From Candidatus Argoarchaeum ethanivorans (GTDB taxonomy: Archaea; Halobacteriota; Methanosarcinia; Methanosarcinales; EX4572-44), in the NCBI GenBank assembly GCA_004193545.1, contig RPGO01000029.1, forward strand, positions 20,096 to 84,095: a DNA stretch of 64,000 nt. The letters are read 5' to 3'. A program made the translations under genes and the position numbers. The notes beneath the pieces were generated by a model. The model saw only the letters and a program-made list of their open reading frames with translations. It ran no database searches and had not been told where the DNA came from. This document shows, one piece after another, positions 58,278 to 64,000 of this stretch. The stretch's first letter is position 1; every line of letters begins with the position of its first letter.

Positions 58278-60359
58278 CTAACCAATCATAATTTTGTAGA
58301 TGGTGGTTGAATTGTGCGCATCTTTATAGATGGGCTTAAATAACGATTCATTATTGAATTTTAACACACTGTTTCCATAATACTGCTGTTCCATGGTTCC
58401 AACGTATATATGAGTTATATTATATTTATTTATTAATGATAACACATCAGATCTGTTCCGGGTAGTATAGATCGTGTTCACATCGTTGATTCTTTGATTT
58501 ACCTGTGCTGTGTCAAACCGCCACATGATTTCGTGTCCAGCCCAGCCAATAACAGTGGGAATGCCTGTGTTAGTAGAAATACGACTGGATAGTGTGTAAC
58601 TTTCCCCCCAACGTTCAAGTATTACAACATCGCCTGCAAGGTTCAATCGCATCCACCTGATTGCATGATAATCCCCGGGATATATTTTTTCTAAATATGC
58701 CATGCCATCGAGGTTGGCTTCACCTGAAAACATAGTAGTTTTAAATAGTACTGTTACAGTTGGGAAAATCAGCCCACTAATGAGCAAGAGCACAACGAAT
58801 CCAAGCCACACCTTTTGCTTTACACCACCAAGCTTGTGTGCAATGTGATACACTGCATAAGCTCCTGCTACAGCAAATAAAATCAATACCTGTATGTATA
58901 ACTTGAACACTGTGTTGAACCTCTCGAAGGGTACGGTAAACGCATCGTTAATGTAGAATATTTCACAAAATAATGAGATAAGTAGTCCAGTAAGAACAAG
59001 TATCATAATAAATGACTCGTCATCTACTGGATCTTTTTTACGTGTTTTTCGCAGGTTGTATGCACACAGGAATATGAGAAATAGGAGTGGTGCAAGCAGT
59101 TGAAAACCTGTTCTGAATGAGACAAACGAGAGGATTGCAAAACACACGAGCACGCATACAATCCTGACCGGGCGCTCGTGCTTCAGTGTTGGCATACTAC
59201 GATGGAGCACAAAAAACACTAATGGTAGAAGGCATAAACCAAACACCAGTACGTAGTGCTGGATAATCGTATGCGTGCCGACCATATTGATGCCAGAAAC
59301 TCCAGTGTGATTGAAAGCTTCATAAAAAGGTGCAAATAAAAGCAGGCTTGAGATAACGATAGCCGAGAGTGTTGAAAACGCCTTCTTGTTCACGCCAGCA
59401 GCATAGAACACGAAAAAAGCAGTGATAAAGAGATAGGTCGGGTAATCCCATGAATTGGTTGGAAACAAAAATCCAAGCACAAAACCAGTACACACGCAGG
59501 TGAAAAATGACACGTTTTTCTCACGATACAGGTTCAGCAACAATACGAGGAGTAATAACTGCAAGGGTATTGCTGCAAGATGTGCATGCAGGTCTCCATG
59601 CAGAAAAGTGAAGCATGGAAACTCATTTGCAGTATCTGGTATCACTCGTGAACTTTCCCAGTAGTAAGGAATGTTCGATAAAACTTTGGAGTATGCAATG
59701 CTAAATGCGAGAAGCACTGACTTGAGATTGCCTGAGATTACCACAAAGAACGCTGTCAACATCGCATACTTTCGTTTGTTGGTAAGATTGTGTCCAAGTG
59801 ATGCAGCGGTATTAACTGCAAGAGCAAAAAACATCGAAAGACCAAGATTGTAGGCTACATCCATTGGTGTGCCGGTGAGCTTTGCAAGGCTTGATACCAT
59901 CAAATGTCCAAAATAATAATAAAAATCAAGATTCTCTCCTAAAAGCCATGGATCGAGTGGAGGAAAACTTTCTGCTCTGAAGACTGCATTTAAAATAGCG
60001 AAATCCATGAATTTCTCTGCTCCATTGATTTCAGGGTAAAAAGAGCGGATTAACGCAAACAAGAAGAAAGAGGCAGCAAACAGCAATTCATAGAAACTGC
60101 AAAATGGGGGAAGAGTCAGTTTCAGCCTCAGTTTCTGAAAAACAACAATTCCAAAGACAATTATAACAATGAATACGATGATTGTTTTATCAACAGAAAA
60201 AAGATAGGAGAGATACGTGAATAACGATAAACCAAGTATTTTTGAAAAACCATATCGATCTTTCAGTGCAGGGAATAAACGATAAGAAATGGGATAAGTG
60301 GCTGCCCCAAGTATAAAAATGGCAAGCAACCACAAGCACAGGTAGAAGATATTTGACAA
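58278..60359 (-). CDS. DUF2298 (Chlor_Arch_YYY) polytopic membrane protein, GT-C-like putative glycosyltransferase
   Basis: 693 aa with many TM segments. It has NLDFYYYFGH (the YYY motif) and a C-terminal soluble domain. The start is TTG. Confidence 0.7.
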   Translation of the reverse strand: MSNIFYLCLWLLAIFILGAATYPISYRLFPALKDRYGFSKILGLSLFTYLSYLFSVDKTIIVFIVIIVFGIVVFQKLRLKLTLPPFCSFYELLFAASFFLFALIRSFYPEINGAEKFMDFAILNAVFRAESFPPLDPWLLGENLDFYYYFGHLMVSSLAKLTGTPMDVAYNLGLSMFFALAVNTAASLGHNLTNKRKYAMLTAFFVVISGNLKSVLLAFSIAYSKVLSNIPYYWESSRVIPDTANEFPCFTFLHGDLHAHLAAIPLQLLLLVLLLNLYREKNVSFFTCVCTGFVLGFLFPTNSWDYPTYLFITAFFVFYAAGVNKKAFSTLSAIVISSLLLFAPFYEAFNHTGVSGINMVGTHTIIQHYVLVFGLCLLPLVFFVLHRSMPTLKHERPVRIVCVLVCFAILSFVSFRTGFQLLAPLLFLIFLCAYNLRKTRKKDPVDDESFIMILVLTGLLISLFCEIFYINDAFTVPFERFNTVFKLYIQVLILFAVAGAYAVYHIAHKLGGVKQKVWLGFVVLLLISGLIFPTVTVLFKTTMFSGEANLDGMAYLEKIYPGDYHAIRWMRLNLAGDVVILERWGESYTLSSRISTNTGIPTVIGWAGHEIMWRFDTAQVNQRINDVNTIYTTRNRSDVLSLINKYNITHIYVGTMEQQYYGNSVLKFNNESLFKPIYKDAHNSTTIYKIMIG

Positions 60360-60369
60360 AAAAATGGTC

Positions 60370-61380
60370 TTAGAGTATGATTTCTATGTCAAGTTCTTCT
60401 GCGAGTTCCTTGTATCGGTTGCGTATGGTTACCTCTGTTACTCCTGCAACATCTGCCACTTCGCGCTGGGTTCTTCTATCCCCGTTAAGGATGGATGCAA
60501 TATATATGGCTGCAGCTGCAACCCCGGTTGGGCCTCGCCCACTTGTGAGTTCTTTTTCAGCTGCCTGTCGCAGTATTTCCACGGTTTTGCTTTCTACTTC
60601 ACCTTTAAGATGCAATCCTGAGCAGAAGCGAGGCACATAATCTACTGGAGATGTTGGGGTTAGTTTGAGGCTTAACTCTCTGGCAACGAATCGGTAGGTT
60701 CTTCCGATCTCTTTTCTGCTAACTCTTGAGACTTCACCTATCTCATCAAGTGTTCGCGGCACGTTGCACTGTCGGCATGCTGCATACAAAGCCGATGCTG
60801 CCACACCTTCGATACTTCGACCGCGTATGAGGTTTTTTCCAACTGCCTTTCGATAGACAACAGCAGCAGTCTCTCTGATGTTTCGAGATAGTGCAAGGGC
60901 TGATGCCATCCGATCCAGTTCTGATAGTGCAAAGGCGAGGTTTCTCTCTGTTGCATTGCTGACCCGTATGCGGCGCTGCCATTTTCGCAGTCGATATAAC
61001 TGTGCACGGTTTTTAGCAGAAATGGATTTTCCATACGTATCCCTGTTTCGCCAGTCGATCATCGTGGACAAACCCTTGTCGTGGATGGTATAAGTCATGG
61101 GTGCACCAACTCTTGAACGTTTCATTCGTTGATCGTTATCAAAGGCTCTCCACTCCGGCCCCTGATCAATAAAGTTTGCATCTATTACAAGCCCGCAGTC
61201 ACTGCACACGAGTTCTGCTCTTTCATAATCATGAACAAGATTGTAGCTACCACACTCTGGACACTCGATTTGTGTTTTTTCAAGTTCAGATTTCTCTCTC
61301 TCTTTTTTTTGTTTGATGACTTCTTTTATTTTTTTTCGCTCAGACAGTATGTTCTCTCGTATCACTTCAGTTTCTGACAT
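60370..61380 (-). CDS. tfb: Transcription initiation factor TFB
   Basis: Zinc ribbon [28 protein letters not shown]-reader, and two cyclin folds. Confidence 0.95.
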   Translation of the reverse strand: MSETEVIRENILSERKKIKEVIKQKKEREKSELEKTQIECPECGSYNLVHDYERAELVCSDCGLVIDANFIDQGPEWRAFDNDQRMKRSRVGAPMTYTIHDKGLSTMIDWRNRDTYGKSISAKNRAQLYRLRKWQRRIRVSNATERNLAFALSELDRMASALALSRNIRETAAVVYRKAVGKNLIRGRSIEGVAASALYAACRQCNVPRTLDEIGEVSRVSRKEIGRTYRFVARELSLKLTPTSPVDYVPRFCSGLHLKGEVESKTVEILRQAAEKELTSGRGPTGVAAAAIYIASILNGDRRTQREVADVAGVTEVTIRNRYKELAEELDIEIIL

Positions 61381-61415
61381 TTAACATTCTCCTCTTGGGT
61401 TCGCTAATAAAAATT

Positions 61416-61655
61416 TTATTTTACATATAAATTTTTATCTTTTAGTTCATGTATCTTAAAATCCGACTTTTTAGAAGGTTTTATTGAAAAATATGGTCTC
61501 GACACCGGACCAAATATGTCTACGATTTTTCCAATCTTTTTTACCTGTTCATTCCAGACAGCAGTATTTAACGCGGTGTTTGTTAGTTTAGTAGCACTCC
61601 GTGCTATCAAGTTACCATTATGTATCGTATGAAGTATTACACCTAAACGCCTCAA
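61416..61655 (-). CDS. gar1: H/ACA RNP protein Gar1
   Basis: 79 aa. LGVILHTIHNGNLIARS and IGKIVDIFGPVSRPYFSIKP. It sits in the typical position upstream of tfb. The start is TTG. Confidence 0.8.
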   Translation of the reverse strand: MRRLGVILHTIHNGNLIARSATKLTNTALNTAVWNEQVKKIGKIVDIFGPVSRPYFSIKPSKKSDFKIHELKDKNLYVK

Positions 61656-61958
61656 GTATTCACCTCATTCACACCATTAATATAGATGTTATTAATAGTA
61701 TATAAAGTCTTCGCAAGCTATTTACTAATTAGCCTAACTCTTAACATCAACCTATAGTCAGAGACCTGATGGATTTCGGAGAAGCAAGATCATTCACATT
61801 TTTCATTGATTGATAACACAATAGCACTTGAAACAGGAAAGAATGAGTTCAATGATTACACAACGTTTATATACCGTTAATTCCAAATCAGAGCTTTAAT
61901 TGGCTGTATGTGGAATATTACTCCACTATTAGTCAACTTAGATAAACGAAGTGATTTT

Positions 61959-62177
61959 ATGGCAAAAATAAATATATTATCGTTTGCTCCAGTGGGGCGA
62001 ATTATCAAACGTGCGGGTGCAACCCGAGTTAGTGAAACTGGACGCGAAGCTCTAGCAGAGCATCTCGAAGAATACGGCACCAAGATTGCAAGACGCGCTG
62101 TTGATCTTGCAAAGCATGCTAAACGGGTGACTGTAACTGCAGAGGATATAAAGCAAGCCTTGAAAGATAAGTTATAG
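61959..62177 (+). CDS. Archaeal histone (HMf family)
   Basis: [69 protein letters not shown] placed the start at the internal ATG at 61959. Confidence 0.9.
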   Translation: MAKINILSFAPVGRIIKRAGATRVSETGREALAEHLEEYGTKIARRAVDLAKHAKRVTVTAEDIKQALKDKL

Positions 62178-62196
62178 TCTGCAAAATATTACTATA

Positions 62197-62215
62197 TTTT
62201 TTTAATATTTTTTTT
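62197..62215 (+). terminator. Oligo-T tract, a candidate archaeal terminator after the histone gene
   Basis: A T7 run at 62197-62203 and a T8 run at 62208-62215, about 20-40 nt after the stop. Confidence 0.4.
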
Positions 62216-62263
62216 AACGTATATGAAAGTATAAACACACAACATCCTCTTGCTACTTATTTT

Positions 62264-62284
62264 CTGCACAACGAAGTTGTGCAG
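62264..62284. repeat. Solitary class A hairpin repeat
   Basis: ctgcacaac-gaa-gttgtgcag. It and its 5' flank (ttattttctgcac...) are identical to the unit at 6437-6457. Confidence 0.8.
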
Positions 62285-62329
62285 TTTCTTGACGTATAGG
62301 AAAGCACGAACGTCACTTTGCCTTTGTTC

Positions 62330-62620
62330 CCCCATCCTCGTCATCGTAGATGCTATTTATCTATCGTTGCGTTTGTCCGTTGCCACCCGGTAATTGTGCT
62401 TTGCGTCCACGAGATCGTTTTACCAGTTGTAGAAGTTCCAGTGGTAACTGCCGCCTGCTTGCAGCGTGAGATGCGCCTTGTACATGCCCACCTGTAACTG
62501 CTGTTGTACACGTAGATTGAGTCGCCTGCGGTGGCGTTGTCAATCGCGTGCTATATGGCATTCCGCTCGCGTTGAACGCACCGCCCGCGCGATACCAGCA
62601 GGTTTCACTCACGTACAGTT
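62330..62620 (-). pseudogene. Multiply frameshifted remnant of the N-terminus of a NosD/beta-helix surface protein
   Basis: Three frames together read CWYRAGGAFNASG / AIDNATAGDSIYVYNSSY / YKAHLTLQAGG. This follows the order of the N-terminus seen in the 29107-30945 protein (IQDAIDAANESDTIFVYNGSYYE). Confidence 0.45.
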
Positions 62621-62639
62621 TTTGTGAGTCCCCTGAACA

Positions 62640-62942
62640 TTATTTATTACCTGCACCAAGAAATCGCTGGAGTGTGGTTTCATTATGTGTGAATATATCC
62701 TCTCTTGCTTCTTTTTTATTTATCATAACAGCGATAAATGTTAACAGCAATCCTATCGTTGGAGAAATGTCCGGATTAATTGAGAGCATAAGACCAATTA
62801 ATGCAATGAAGCCTGCAATTAATCCGCGGAGTGCTCCCTTTCTGTAAGCATAAATATTGGTCCTATGAAATATGCGAATATCCCGCAGTGTCAGAAACAG
62901 TATCACCACAAAGGCAAGGGTTGAGATGTAAGCAGTAATCAT
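62640..62942 (-). CDS. Small membrane protein (3 TM segments), immediately downstream of the HARP gene
   Basis: 100 aa with three hydrophobic segments. There is no gap to the upstream stop. Confidence 0.5.
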   Translation of the reverse strand: MITAYISTLAFVVILFLTLRDIRIFHRTNIYAYRKGALRGLIAGFIALIGLMLSINPDISPTIGLLLTFIAVMINKKEAREDIFTHNETTLQRFLGAGNK

Positions 62943-63626
62943 TTACTTAGTTTCCCTTGTTTTAGATAGGTATTCACCAAGCATTAGAGGAAATGTTTTA
63001 GCATCAACAAAGCGGAGCCCGAGCTGTTCTGACCATCTGCAAATGCCCTCATCACTGGCAACGACTGCAGCATCAAGTTCCTTTGAAAGCAGGAGCACAT
63101 CAATATCAGGTGCACTGTCCAAAATGCCGTACCGCATAGCTGTTCTATATTTTTCACGAAATTTGTTGATAAGTGAGCCAATTACTTCTCGTTTTATCTC
63201 TGATTCAATATCCTTCCTGCTTTCAGCTTTAGTGGTGGTAAAAAGACATACGGTTGCTGCCTCAAGGATCATATTCTCAGCAATGTTCATTCCTTTGTTA
63301 ATTCGACTACGCATGTGATCTACGTATTCATAGAATATCTTTGAAGGTATTTTGACTTCATATCGGTCAGGTGTTTTTTTGACCAGCCATGTATCCATTT
63401 TTGCAATGACCATCTCATCACATTCATTATTCTTTGCAAACTCCAGGAGTTCGTTGTATACTGATGGGTAAGGAATGTAGCAGCTTATGCCAAGTCTGAG
63501 TCTTGCTTCTGCAATAGTATCCAGCATACTCGTTATATAAACATTGAAGGTTTGGTCACCTGTTTTTTCTCTTGCCCGCACATCTGTAAGTGCACTTGTG
63601 TCCAGAACAAATCGCTGTTTAAGCAT
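62943..63626 (-). CDS. HARP: protein-only RNase P homologue of Aquifex Aq_880 (PIN_5 domain; formerly 'RNA ligase partner')
   Basis: 227 aa. [72 protein letters not shown]. As far as I recall the Aq_880 sequence, the two are colinear. Confidence 0.75.
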   Translation of the reverse strand: MLKQRFVLDTSALTDVRAREKTGDQTFNVYITSMLDTIAEARLRLGISCYIPYPSVYNELLEFAKNNECDEMVIAKMDTWLVKKTPDRYEVKIPSKIFYEYVDHMRSRINKGMNIAENMILEAATVCLFTTTKAESRKDIESEIKREVIGSLINKFREKYRTAMRYGILDSAPDIDVLLLSKELDAAVVASDEGICRWSEQLGLRFVDAKTFPLMLGEYLSKTRETK

Positions 63627-63763
63627 TATCTCTAAACAAAGGTGTGTAAGGTTAAAATATTAACTCTCACAGGGCAACACACAAATGTTCAGTCAGGTAC
63701 AACAAATACATTTAAGTTACAGCAAATAGTATAGTACATTAAACTAATGGAGGCACAGAATAT

Positions 63764-64000
63764 ATGAACGCAAAAATATTAACAACGATCTTACTGCTTG
63801 CGCTAACCACATCCATAGCATCTGCGGACTGGTCACAGTTCCATCATAACCCAGAACGCACAGGAAATGTGAGTGGATATGCGCCTGTGACAAACACGAT
63901 TTTCTGGGAGACTGAACTCGGCTGTTTTGTCGAGGGTGGTGCATGTATATCAAATGGGCGTGTGTACGTTGCGAACCGGATCGGTGGGTCAGGGAAACTG
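63764..64000 (+). CDS. Secreted PQQ-like beta-propeller repeat protein; N-terminal 79 codons only, runs off the right edge
   Basis: GGAGG lies at 63749-63753. Signal peptide MNAKILTTILLLALTTSIASA, then DWSQFHHNPERTGN, which is typical of BamB/PQQ-repeat surface proteins. Confidence 0.6.
   Translation, partial: MNAKILTTILLLALTTSIASADWSQFHHNPERTGNVSGYAPVTNTIFWETELGCFVEGGACISNGRVYVANRIGGSGKL

Noticed and set aside
62361-62612. An 83-aa minus-strand ORF as a real gene.
   Set aside because: It is one frame of a three-frame mosaic that matches a surface-protein N-terminus. It was treated as part of a pseudogene instead.
1-64000. rRNA genes, additional tRNAs, prophage structural modules, cas genes and cohesin scaffolds.
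   Set aside because: I looked for them while reading both strands and found none apart from the single tRNA-Leu. Absence is limited by manual inspection without covariance or HMM tools.

Overview
The window is a chromosomal segment of a euryarchaeon, most likely a methanogen or ANME-like member of Methanosarcinales. Archaeal markers are TFB, Gar1, an HMf-type histone, archaeal TrpRS and ProRS, CDC48, the methanogenesis-marker YcaO, a protein-only RNase P (HARP) and DapL. Housekeeping genes are interleaved with accessory material.

(1) 39.85-45.04 kb: a visibly AT-rich island of about 5 kb, flanked by 48-80 bp direct repeats at the 3' end of asd. It carries a tightly coupled cassette of five genes:
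- a nucleoside 2-deoxyribosyltransferase-like protein
- a ThyA-like pyrimidine C5-(hydroxy)methylase
- an unrecognisable 337-aa protein
- a B12-binding radical SAM enzyme
- a dNK-like kinase
This is my best candidate for an undescribed system. It could be a pyrimidine or nucleotide tailoring pathway, a DNA hypermodification cassette, or a nucleotide-pool defence.

(2) 11.7-21.7 kb: a tandem array of five secreted paralogues built from SUOX-fold (Oxidored_molyb-like) modules.
- The array includes a 1334-aa modular protein with a dockerin and two members with archaeosortase-type C-terminal signals.
- It ends in an orphan tungstate-binding wtpA and lies next to a tungsten AOR paired with an FrhB-like subunit.
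- Two members share a 5' leader that is better conserved than their coding sequence.

(3) Gene decay and rearrangement:
- An M50/CBS protease has had its HExxH core replaced by an inverted 245-bp copy of the nearby hppA gene.
- A GH144-like glycosidase has an in-frame TGA at a conserved Trp and a nested CBM-like domain.
- Homopolymer frameshifts occur in asd, dapL and an HsdR_N-like gene.
- Several surface-protein, IS and toxin remnants are present.

(4) Mobile and repeat content:
- One intact IS (1413 bp, perfect 24-bp TIRs).
- Families of short palindromic hairpin repeats clustered in intergenic regions.
- Two further dispersed repeat families.

Other points: a CDC48 with a coiled-coil insertion of about 195 aa, an ApeA-like HEPN protein, and a STAND NTPase beside a methyltransferase stub.

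All calls rest on reading the sequence and recalled family motifs. No database search or GC computation was run.
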